Shown: positions 53,226 to 61,456 of the stretch, piece by piece
Numbering within the stretch: position 1 is the first letter of the stretch
Layout: every line of letters begins with the position of its first letter
Origin: a virus
Length of the DNA stretch: 64,000 nt
Virus record (IMG/VR): IMGVR_UViG_3300031416_000001
Strand: one strand, 5' to 3'
The notes under the pieces: generated by a model
The model's input: only the letters and a program-made list of their open reading frames with translations
Told to the model about the DNA's origin: nothing
Database searches by the model: none
Program-made: the position numbers and the translations under genes

Positions 53226-53855
53226 ATGTCGGGAGTTCCAGCGTTTCTGTTAAACTCCCCTCATCTTCCGCTTGAGAACGGGCAGGGCGTTGCAAAGGTG
53301 GTTGAGCTTGTTAAGACCTTTTATAATCTTGTACTTAACAAGGAAGATTATAAGGGCACACAAGTTTACCGCTCAAAAAGCACTGGCCTGCTTCAGTTCG
53401 ATCTCGTGGGATTGGACGGGGAACTGATCACCAAGTTTGTCAACCATGCATCAGGTGCGGCTGTTGTTGAAGCAGTGTCGGGTAACTCACCTACCATTAC
53501 CTTTGGTACCGTGAACGACCGTAACTGGCTGGCGAAGTCTGTACTTGTGTATGATGCCAAACAGCTTGACGTATTTAAATCGTTTTCCAATGGCTATCAG
53601 TACGACGCCATGAACCCCACCAATGACCTGGGTTATACGCTCAGCAAGCTGTTGAACCTCTATACCGAAACACCGGTATGGCAGCACAGCTCGTTTGCCG
53701 AATACTCTACGGCGAAGTTTACATTGGTGTATCAGGGTCCTTCGAAAGATGCACCAGCGGAACTCGATATCACTGGCCAGACGAACTTTATCGCGGTCAT
53801 TCAAATCCAAAGTGGACAACATCAAGGCTTAATATGTTTTCTCGCTCCGCAGTAG
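53226..53855 (+). CDS. hypothetical protein, 209 aa
   Basis: GGGAG RBS. Starts 2 nt after the upstream stop. Confidence 0.75.
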   Translation: MSGVPAFLLNSPHLPLENGQGVAKVVELVKTFYNLVLNKEDYKGTQVYRSKSTGLLQFDLVGLDGELITKFVNHASGAAVVEAVSGNSPTITFGTVNDRNWLAKSVLVYDAKQLDVFKSFSNGYQYDAMNPTNDLGYTLSKLLNLYTETPVWQHSSFAEYSTAKFTLVYQGPSKDAPAELDITGQTNFIAVIQIQSGQHQGLICFLAPQ

Positions 53856-54442
53856 CGGCGGGATCTATTCGTGTACTTGGGATAGATCCATCGACCACTA
53901 ACATGGGCGTCACGATCATCGACGTTCCGTTAGAGGCGGGGAAGAAATTACAGCTACGTTACGTTAATACCATTCAGGGGGAGCAGGTTAAATATGATAT
54001 TCCATTACAGTTCGACGATACCACCACAGGCACGGGCGTTCTCGCTCGCAGTTATGGGTTAAGTCGAGCCTTAAAGGAAATCATGAACCTGTATCTTCCA
54101 GACGTAACCATCTGTGAAGATAACTTCCTGGGTGTCTCGCCGGGCACTTTTAAACAACTCATTCAAGCAGTGAGTTTACTCCGCGAAGCGTGTAACAGCG
54201 CTGATAAACCTTGTCATCTGGTTTATGTATTACCTAACCCTGCCAAAGAAACCGTGGGTGCCTTCTTCTCAGGCAGTACCAAGGACGACGTGAAGCAGGG
54301 CGTATTGGATTACAAAGATCTGGATCACAACGGGATTGACCTCACCGAGGTAGATGAACACTCGGCTGACTCCGTGGCGATCACTTTGTTCCAGTGCGAA
54401 ATTATAAAGAAAGATTTCCAAGAAATCATAGAAGCGACTTAG
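53834..54442 (+). CDS. RuvC-like Holliday-junction resolvase, ~202 aa (track ORF trimmed to ATG 53834)
   Basis: VLGIDPSTTNMGV (catalytic Asp motif GIDPG-like), TICEDNF (Glu) and DEHSADSVAITL (DxADAxA-like). Confidence 0.7.
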   Translation: MFSRSAVAAGSIRVLGIDPSTTNMGVTIIDVPLEAGKKLQLRYVNTIQGEQVKYDIPLQFDDTTTGTGVLARSYGLSRALKEIMNLYLPDVTICEDNFLGVSPGTFKQLIQAVSLLREACNSADKPCHLVYVLPNPAKETVGAFFSGSTKDDVKQGVLDYKDLDHNGIDLTEVDEHSADSVAITLFQCEIIKKDFQEIIEAT

Positions 54443-54455
54443 GGGTTTTGTACTT

Positions 54456-54986
54456 ATGACTACACAAGAGCAAGAAGTACCCCCGGAAGAAACACTCCCA
54501 CCGGTTAAAGGCACTGGACTTGAATCCCAGTTCTTTGGCAAGTGGGGTGCGATCGTACGTTATATGTGTGGTACGGCAGTGGTGTTCACGATGTGCTTAA
54601 TCGCCGTCATGGACGCCTACACCACACGTCTCTCTGTACAGGCGGGCAAAGGTTGGCCAGGCGAATGGCACTTCTTCATCATGACTGTTGGCGTGACGAT
54701 TTGCGCCATGAGTTTCAGTAATGCCAACAAAACAATCTCCACCATTTTGTCGAACACCGGTTTAGGTGAAAAGGCGAAGAACATCCTGCTGCGTAGGCTT
54801 GGTGCTCAAGACCCTGCTCAAGACCAGCCAACGTTCTACTGGTGGAATGCCCAGACCCGCACGTTTCTAACGGTTAACGACACAACCGATCTCAGTGGTG
54901 CTGGTTTTATCCGCACTACAACACCACAGCCCTCACCAGGGGATCTGTGGGATCCTAACAATCAAGTCTGGATCTCGGTAAAGTAA
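54456..54986 (+). CDS. membrane protein with two predicted TM helices, 176 aa
   Basis: Hydrophobic segments AIVRYMCGTAVVFTMCLIAVMDAY and WHFFIMTVGVTICAMSF. N-terminal GLESQF motif. Confidence 0.7.
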   Translation: MTTQEQEVPPEETLPPVKGTGLESQFFGKWGAIVRYMCGTAVVFTMCLIAVMDAYTTRLSVQAGKGWPGEWHFFIMTVGVTICAMSFSNANKTISTILSNTGLGEKAKNILLRRLGAQDPAQDQPTFYWWNAQTRTFLTVNDTTDLSGAGFIRTTTPQPSPGDLWDPNNQVWISVK

Positions 54987-54990
54987 TACC

Positions 54991-55036
54991 TCCCACCTTT
55001 TACAATAACCTTGACGATACCCAAGGTTAGGTGGGA
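54991..55036 (+). other. composite stem-loop (outer TCCCACCT/AGGTGGGA, inner AACCTT/AAGGTT) preceding the terminator
   Basis: Complementary arms read directly from the 3' UTR of 54456..54986. Confidence 0.5.
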
Positions 55037-55051
55037 TTCATAACAATAAAG

Positions 55052-55081
55052 CTACTCTACTCCCATCAGGGAGTAGAGTAG
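55052..55081. terminator. bidirectional hairpin terminator (shared-stem family)
   Basis: CTACTCTACTCCC-ATCA-GGGAGTAGAGTAG, a 13-bp stem identical to 36606-36635. T-rich tail downstream. Confidence 0.8.
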
Positions 55082-55091
55082 TAATTATGCT

Positions 55092-55547
55092 TTATTTTTT
55101 CTTTTGCACAACTTTAACTTCACCCAAACCGTCGATAACACCAGAGAGGTTTTTAACCAAGTTATTAATTGTGCCTTTGGCTACAAACAGACGACCCGAC
55201 AGATAGTCAATACGCCGAGACATTTTGATCATCACCAATTTAGTCCGGGTATAGCAGCCGTCTTTGTCTTCTGTCGTTGCACAGTTGTTGGCAGAGAGGA
55301 ACGCCGCTAAGTCAGGCTGTACAGACACAGGCTCTGGATTGTTTTGTATCTCCAGTTCCGGCGCCACTGCAACCAGGTCAGCCTTTAGCGCTACTACCTT
55401 GTCCACGTAGCCGTTGATCAGGATCTCCTGGCTTTTGATTTCCATTTGGTTGCTGGCCTCCGAGATAGTTGTCTTGTGAGAACAACCAACCGTTAGAGCC
55501 GTCATCAGGAGTAAGAGTGAAATTGCCAGATTCTTTAGAGAAAGCAT
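55092..55547 (-). CDS. o-spanin (outer-membrane lipoprotein) candidate, 151 aa (internal ATG of track ORF 55092..55613)
   Basis: MLSLKNLAISLLLLMTALTVGC signal peptide with a lipobox-like TVGC. GGGGAA RBS. Starts inside the i-spanin gene in another frame and extends beyond it. Confidence 0.6.
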   Translation of the reverse strand: MLSLKNLAISLLLLMTALTVGCSHKTTISEASNQMEIKSQEILINGYVDKVVALKADLVAVAPELEIQNNPEPVSVQPDLAAFLSANNCATTEDKDGCYTRTKLVMIKMSRRIDYLSGRLFVAKGTINNLVKNLSGVIDGLGEVKVVQKKK

Positions 55548-55836
55548 CGTAGTTCCCCTGCAATGTTCGATCGCTTGAGTGAAGGTAGTCGCTCTGATTG
55601 CGATTAAACGCATTACTGTTGTTGCTGAGTGCGTCCAGACGTTCTGCTGTTCGCTCCAGGCGTGTCGTTATGTCATTGATGCTCTTCAACGTTGCACTGT
55701 CGATAGTGCTGCGTTTCCAAGCAATGCCGCTAAGCAATAAGCTTGCTACGCTAATTGCTATCACAAACAACCAAACGCCATACTTTACTAACGTAGAAGC
55801 TTTTGGTTTTACAATGTCTACAACTGAATCAGCCAT
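55378..55836 (-). CDS. i-spanin (type II inner-membrane protein) candidate, 152 aa
   Basis: N-terminal TM YGVWLFVIAISVASLLLSGIAW followed by a helical periplasmic region. AGGAAA RBS. Overlapped architecture with the lipoprotein gene. Confidence 0.6.
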   Translation of the reverse strand: MADSVVDIVKPKASTLVKYGVWLFVIAISVASLLLSGIAWKRSTIDSATLKSINDITTRLERTAERLDALSNNSNAFNRNQSDYLHSSDRTLQGNYDAFSKESGNFTLTPDDGSNGWLFSQDNYLGGQQPNGNQKPGDPDQRLRGQGSSAKG

Positions 55837-55844
55837 GATGTTTC

Positions 55845-57074
55845 CTACTGTAATAGGGCTTTAATTTCTAATAGGTAGCCACGGTTGTAACGTTCGGAGA
55901 AGGCAAGGTTGACCGCTCCGTGATATAGACCACCGTTGTTTAACCCGGAAGAGTGGAAAACAAAACGCTTGTGTAAGCCGGCATCAATGTCCAGCAGGCG
56001 TTTGTCCACATGTTTACGTAACGAATATTTGGGCATCAATCCATTGCTGAGCAGCAACGGTAGTTTTTCTTTACGCTCTGTGTAGAAAGTAAATGGAAAG
56101 TGATATTCACCGACCGGTATATGAGTCACCACTAAATTGGGATTGTCAATTACCACAAAGAAAGAAGACGCATCGGTTAACAGGTTGCGGAAGAACTCTT
56201 CGGTTTGGAAGAACTCCGGTCCCACGCCCACGACATCCTGCTTAATCACGCGGGTCAGGTCAATCCATTCACGGCTGGTGAAGATTTTCTCAAACCAATC
56301 CACCTTGGTGATGTTAACCATTACTGCGTTGTCGTCGGTTTGGCTAATGACGTCACTCATATAGAGTCGACCCCCAATCACCATCCAAACTGTCTTGTCT
56401 TTAATTGCCTCCTTATAACGGACCTTAAGATAACGAGAACTGCCCTCTTCTACATACATGACATCACTGTCTGTAATAGGAGTTTGGGTGATCTCCCCTA
56501 TGCCTTTGAAGTTCATGCAACACACATGAGTGTTGGTATTCACTTTGAAGTGCTTACCGGCATTCACGAGGTAGATGTTACTTTCATCAGCCACACTACG
56601 TACAACGTGGTTATTCATGAGCCAGAGAGTCGACTTGTGCAACGTGTCGTAGTCTACTGGACTGTTGTTGGTTTTATGTACCCGAATGTCAGGCGCATCA
56701 TTGATGTTGATTAAGTCCTGGTCGCGAGAACTCTGGGAAACATCACCCGGTAGCAAGCTGAACCATTCGTATTGAATGTCGTGCAGGGTTACCGTACGGT
56801 AGACGTCCTGTGGGAATTCTTCGTAGGTTTTCAGTACGGTACTTACGTTGTCGTTTAACCACTGCTGGATTGTACCGGTGTACGCTGACCATGCCGCCTG
56901 ATAGTCGGTGTAACGGATAGACACAGTGCTTTTATACAGCGAATCTTCCAGTACTACGATGGCTTCCTTGAAATACTTATAAAAGGCATTCAAGGGGATG
57001 GATGAGACGTCCAGTGGAATTAACCCCATAGGTCCAGTCACATAGCGGATAATCGATCGTTTAAAGGTATACAT
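55845..57074 (-). CDS. hypothetical protein, ~410 aa (start moved to ATG 57074)
   Basis: ATG 57074 has AAGGGA upstream, whereas the track start 57140 has no RBS and would cover the TTTTATG motif of the divergent operon. Confidence 0.7.
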   Translation of the reverse strand: MYTFKRSIIRYVTGPMGLIPLDVSSIPLNAFYKYFKEAIVVLEDSLYKSTVSIRYTDYQAAWSAYTGTIQQWLNDNVSTVLKTYEEFPQDVYRTVTLHDIQYEWFSLLPGDVSQSSRDQDLININDAPDIRVHKTNNSPVDYDTLHKSTLWLMNNHVVRSVADESNIYLVNAGKHFKVNTNTHVCCMNFKGIGEITQTPITDSDVMYVEEGSSRYLKVRYKEAIKDKTVWMVIGGRLYMSDVISQTDDNAVMVNITKVDWFEKIFTSREWIDLTRVIKQDVVGVGPEFFQTEEFFRNLLTDASSFFVVIDNPNLVVTHIPVGEYHFPFTFYTERKEKLPLLLSNGLMPKYSLRKHVDKRLLDIDAGLHKRFVFHSSGLNNGGLYHGAVNLAFSERYNRGYLLEIKALLQ

Positions 57075-57104
57075 ACTTTTCCCTTTTCTGTGAGGTCGGG
57101 GAGA

Positions 57105-57111
57105 TTTTATG
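57105..57111 (+). promoter_or_regulatory. TTTTATG motif, candidate late promoter of the tail-fibre operon
   Basis: 51 nt upstream of ATG 57162, in the divergent intergenic region. Confidence 0.4.
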
Positions 57112-57161
57112 AATTCATTCCCCTTTAATAGACTTAACATAGAATTTAATCAGAGGCTGAA

Positions 57162-57908
57162 ATGGCACAGATTACGTACTCGTTTAACCCGTACAACAGT
57201 AATAGCAATAACCGCGTGACTGAGTCATTTAAACTGACCGCTAATCGCAACCTGTATATCCCGCGCGCTACCCCGTTCTTCCTGAACGATTTCGAGCTTT
57301 ACAGTAACGCCACTATCAACCAAGACGGCACCATTACCGGTACTCGCCTAACCCTGGGTAACCAGGCGGCGTTGGCTAATCCGTTTGATGTCTTTATCAA
57401 AAAGTACCAGATCAACGTGTTAGGTGGGGTTGTTGTACCGGCACCGAATGACGGACAATACGTGATCCGTTATAACACCGTAGGCGGTCCGTTTGTTCTG
57501 GATGAAATTGCCTATGCGGAAATGGTTGCTAACATCATGAACCACGACCGTGAAGCGTTCTGGGAAGATTTTGTTGGCGTTCCAACTGAATGGCCTTCTG
57601 ACCCGCATGAACACCCGGTGAATCTGGTCTACAACATGTATGACATGATGACCCTGCTGCGTCAGTTGATCACCCTGCGCACCAGTGACCCTAACACCAG
57701 TCTGGCGCTCTTAACCAAACACCTGGAAGCCGATCTCGAAGCCGCCCATGAAGCTGATAGCTCAATGGTGGGTCTGGGCAACGTGGACAACTTCAAATCT
57801 GCCACAGTCAACGACATCCCGGGTTGGAGTGCAAATACTTTTGTTACCATGGACGTGTTGAAAGAAGTGATCAAACGTCTGGCTAACGGCACCCTCAATT
57901 TAAACTAA
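57162..57908 (+). CDS. tail-fibre-like protein, short paralog (N-terminal module only), 248 aa
   Basis: Shares N-terminal PRATPFF, W..F.G.P..WPSDPHEHP and GLGNVDNFKSAT with the next two genes. These are classic tail-fibre motifs. Confidence 0.65.
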   Translation: MAQITYSFNPYNSNSNNRVTESFKLTANRNLYIPRATPFFLNDFELYSNATINQDGTITGTRLTLGNQAALANPFDVFIKKYQINVLGGVVVPAPNDGQYVIRYNTVGGPFVLDEIAYAEMVANIMNHDREAFWEDFVGVPTEWPSDPHEHPVNLVYNMYDMMTLLRQLITLRTSDPNTSLALLTKHLEADLEAAHEADSSMVGLGNVDNFKSATVNDIPGWSANTFVTMDVLKEVIKRLANGTLNLN

Positions 57909-57917
57909 GGTAACAGC

Positions 57918-60900
57918 ATGAATTACCCCATCATTCGAGATTTCAAGCTCGACATTAACCAAGAGTTCGCGGTCAACAAGATCCCCAACGAACGTCGTGT
58001 GTTAGATGATGAGCAAAATGTATTCGTGCCTCGTCATGCCCCTTTCTTCATGGAGTCATTAACTCTTCGTGACAGAGCGGGACGGGAGCTGGTAGATGGC
58101 GTCGACTACCGGATCTTTCGCATGATGGGTGCGCTCTCTGCGACCTGTGCCAGTCCGATTGCCTGCCTGATTGAAATGATCGACACGTCTATTAAGGATG
58201 TGTATGCGGATTACCACGCGGTGGGAAGTTCTCCGCTGTTTGACCGTAGCCTGATTGAGTTAATCAATGACAGCGCCAACGATCAGCGTTTAATCAAGTG
58301 GAGTAAGATCAAGAACAAACCAGTGGTGTTCGATCCTGAGCTGCACACCCACTTACTGCCTTACGACATCGTGATGTTCCAGGACGTTATCGATCTCGTG
58401 GATTTGTGGGCGGAAGGATTGGATACACTCTCTCCTTCTATTAGTCCGATTGCGTTGCAAACCCAGACCAACCTGGTCAAGAAATACTTCGACCGTAACA
58501 GCGCCATTATCCAGCGGGCATTGGAACGTCACGTCAATCAGCACAATGAACACGGCTTGACCGATGCACAGGTAAACCTGGACAAGGTAGAGAACATCCC
58601 AACAGCAACGCTGGACCAAGCCTTGAACGGCGAACCGCGTATGCGTCTGTTGACCAGTTCGTTGAAACAGATCATTAACCGCTTTGGTTATAACAGCGAT
58701 GCCTTCTTAAAGAGCAACGTGTTACCGATCTCGTTCTACGGCAACACCTCCTTTATTCCACCTGCTATCGGTGGGAGCTTTGAAGGATTAGGGTCACAGC
58801 ATGAAGGTGCGGCTATCTGTTTGGAAAGTGACGGTACAATCAGCTACCTCTCTAACCACTTTGACGGGCGCAGTGAAGGGCTCTACTTCAGCATCATCAC
58901 CGGTTACCCAAATGCTCTGAAGATGAACTACCAGAGCTACCGTTATACCCACCCGGTGTTAACGGCGAAAAGCCAGAACCCGAATGTGGTGGCGCAGGGT
59001 AGTGGTGGTGAAGTTCTTATGCTTGGGTCTACTCGTAATCGCCGTTGGTTTATTGCATTGACTAACGGTACGTTGGATCCGGGTTACCATGTGATGTGTG
59101 AGTTGGATGTCAGTGGGTTTGATCAAAACTTCTTGCAGACCGACTTTCTCTCTGTTCACCTCATGGGTGATTACGTCATTATTGTTCAGGCGATGAATAA
59201 CCCAACAGGCGGAGAAAATATCGGGCGCAGCCATCGTCGTATTTGGCGTTTGGCGAAGAATAGTTTTGTGTCAGGTAACACACTGACACCGACCCCGATG
59301 AAGCTCAGCTTTACTAACCAAGATGGTCGTGTGTTTACCAACAGCGATTATTTCGTTTGGGCGGAGATCCAGCGGGACGGTAATGGCTTGGTAACTCGGT
59401 TGATTAACCGTTTTACTAGCCCACTGAACCTTACGGACGTCACCAATACTTTCTATCGTACTGCGGCTACCGTGGCCTGTGCGATTCCCAACCGACCAGG
59501 CATCTTCCTGATGAAATTCCTGAGTCATTCATTTACACCGGGCAGTGACGCAACACGTGGTTCCTATTCAACAAGTCGCACTTATGAAATCAACTACGAG
59601 TTTAACGTTTTCTCCGGGGTGATGACGCAGGTACAAGGCAAGGCTTCGCCTCTGATCGATACATCCAATCCATTAACGATCACTGCACAGACGGAAAATT
59701 ACTGGGGTGGGTATGAAAACAGTTGGTTAACGCAGGTGTTTGCGCAGAACTGTACTATGCCGTTCAGCGATGGTAACTTACTGGTATCTCAAACCGATTC
59801 TGCTTTCCGCACACCACATGGTTGTTATCTGGTTAAAACCGGAGCGAAATCACCGTATGAAACATTGTCTAAGCGATTGGAAAAGGCAAGTTTCCCTAAT
59901 CTGACCCGCGTTCAAATTACTGAAGCGATTGCCTCACCACTGGCGTATTCTATTTATCCGGCAGCAGTGAGTTGGTCAGGTGCAGGTGAGTTCTTTAATG
60001 CGGTAACCAAGTATTCCAATGGGGGTCGTGAGATCTTCTTCCGCGAAGTCAGTGGAGAATACTCAGTACGGTCAAGTTTAACCAACCTGGATATCGGTAA
60101 CATTTATTCACGCCCGTTGTCGAATGCTGTTTACCGTACAGGGATTCCTTATGGTCAACCGCGCGTGGGTGTATCAGGTGATGCGACGTTCTTGTCTAAC
60201 TCAGGCCTGAACTTTGGTGCGACGTCGTTGGGTGTGGGTGTTGAAGGACGTATCTACAAGAACCCGCACAGTGCTTGGGCGTCAGTTGTTAAGTCAGACC
60301 GCACGATTGTGCTGGCGAGAACAAACAACAACTTCAAGATCAACAGCACCGATTGGAACTTCCTGCCGACTTCCTTTATTACCTATCCCGATGCCATGGT
60401 GCGTCAGATTGCCAAAGCATTGATACCTGCAGCTTATCAGGATTCTCCGGATAGCCTGGTGTCGATTGCGGATGTCAGTACGATCCCCGGCAATGTAGGG
60501 ACCAAACCGATTCTGGTTCAGGTGGTTTACGGGGATGTTAAGAACCAGGCGCGTCGCCATGCGGTTGCCACTATTCGTGTCACCTATAATCAGGCGGATG
60601 CGAATAACTGGATCGTTACCGGTTTCACGGTAATCAGCAGCGGTGACATTCAGTCGATGAACCAGCAACTGTGGTTAACACCAACACAGTGGGAATTTGG
60701 TTATGGTTCTGATGGACAGGGTGAAAGCGTTGTGGGACTTTACTACAGCGGCAACACTATCCGGGTGGCGTTCAATACACTGTACAGAACCAGCCACATC
60801 GGTAACTCGGCATGTTGTGGTACGGTGTTCACAGTAGATACATCTACGCAAGCTGTGAGCAACCTACTCCCGAACTATAACCAGTCTTGGGAAGGAGCAA

Positions 60901-61415
60901 ACAACCAGGTGGTGATTCCCAAAGTGGGGATGGGTGGTAAGTACAACCCTAATGTCACCGGTGCCACAGCTGAGATCGTCAATGCAAACGGAACTGTGTA
61001 TGCACTGATCTCTTGTTACCCTGACCCGGCATGGACGTTGTTCTTCCAAACCGATATCGACGTGATCTTCAACGGCAAGAGCTACCAGTTAGGTTCTGGT
61101 GCAGTTGATTTACGTTCTATTAAGAGTGACCCGGGTAATACGAAGTTCTATTTGTATGCTCGACTGGTTAACGGTGTGGCGACCTATGTCATCAGTGAAA
61201 CCAAAACCTTTGACACCATCTACAATATCTGGATTGGTACCGTAACCACCAATACCACGCAAATCATCGATATCACGCGTTTTAACGCCCTGTTGTTAAA
61301 TGGGTCACGTGTGAGTGAGGTGAAACGTGGTGGCGCTATACCGGCGGTTACAGGCGCGATTACAGAGGAAGGTCAGATGGCGTGGATTCGTACACCTGAA
61401 ATTATTCAAGGCTAA
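57918..61415 (+). CDS. tail-fibre protein paralog, 1165 aa
   Basis: VPRHAPFF, WSKIKNKPVVFDPELHTHLLPYDIVMF and NLDKVENIPTAT. The central region LPISFYGN..PPAIGGSFEGLGS..AAICLESDG..HFDGR..LYFS is paralogous to the next ORF. Confidence 0.7.
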   Translation: MNYPIIRDFKLDINQEFAVNKIPNERRVLDDEQNVFVPRHAPFFMESLTLRDRAGRELVDGVDYRIFRMMGALSATCASPIACLIEMIDTSIKDVYADYHAVGSSPLFDRSLIELINDSANDQRLIKWSKIKNKPVVFDPELHTHLLPYDIVMFQDVIDLVDLWAEGLDTLSPSISPIALQTQTNLVKKYFDRNSAIIQRALERHVNQHNEHGLTDAQVNLDKVENIPTATLDQALNGEPRMRLLTSSLKQIINRFGYNSDAFLKSNVLPISFYGNTSFIPPAIGGSFEGLGSQHEGAAICLESDGTISYLSNHFDGRSEGLYFSIITGYPNALKMNYQSYRYTHPVLTAKSQNPNVVAQGSGGEVLMLGSTRNRRWFIALTNGTLDPGYHVMCELDVSGFDQNFLQTDFLSVHLMGDYVIIVQAMNNPTGGENIGRSHRRIWRLAKNSFVSGNTLTPTPMKLSFTNQDGRVFTNSDYFVWAEIQRDGNGLVTRLINRFTSPLNLTDVTNTFYRTAATVACAIPNRPGIFLMKFLSHSFTPGSDATRGSYSTSRTYEINYEFNVFSGVMTQVQGKASPLIDTSNPLTITAQTENYWGGYENSWLTQVFAQNCTMPFSDGNLLVSQTDSAFRTPHGCYLVKTGAKSPYETLSKRLEKASFPNLTRVQITEAIASPLAYSIYPAAVSWSGAGEFFNAVTKYSNGGREIFFREVSGEYSVRSSLTNLDIGNIYSRPLSNAVYRTGIPYGQPRVGVSGDATFLSNSGLNFGATSLGVGVEGRIYKNPHSAWASVVKSDRTIVLARTNNNFKINSTDWNFLPTSFITYPDAMVRQIAKALIPAAYQDSPDSLVSIADVSTIPGNVGTKPILVQVVYGDVKNQARRHAVATIRVTYNQADANNWIVTGFTVISSGDIQSMNQQLWLTPTQWEFGYGSDGQGESVVGLYYSGNTIRVAFNTLYRTSHIGNSACCGTVFTVDTSTQAVSNLLPNYNQSWEGANNQVVIPKVGMGGKYNPNVTGATAEIVNANGTVYALISCYPDPAWTLFFQTDIDVIFNGKSYQLGSGAVDLRSIKSDPGNTKFYLYARLVNGVATYVISETKTFDTIYNIWIGTVTTNTTQIIDITRFNALLLNGSRVSEVKRGGAIPAVTGAITEEGQMAWIRTPEIIQG

Positions 61416-61424
61416 CCTTTTAAC

Positions 61425-61445
61425 GGGGAGGGGACAACTCTCCCC
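61425..61445 (+). terminator. weak hairpin (attenuator or terminator) between tail-fibre paralogs
   Basis: GGGGAGGG-GACAA-CTCTCCCC, followed by AGGAG and only a T4 run. Confidence 0.35.
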
Positions 61446-61456
61446 CAGGAGTTTTC

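Noticed and set aside
4798-55081. Repeated hairpins as a CRISPR array or as MITE-type mobile elements
   Set aside because: The copies are kilobases apart, each is an internal palindrome at an operon end, and there is no repeat-spacer periodicity. No target-site duplications or terminal inverted repeats beyond the stem were seen.
57075-57140. Longer start (57140) for the minus-strand ORF 55845..57140
   Set aside because: No RBS precedes it, and it would bury the TTTTATG motif of the divergent tail-fibre operon. The internal ATG 57074 has an AAGGGA RBS.
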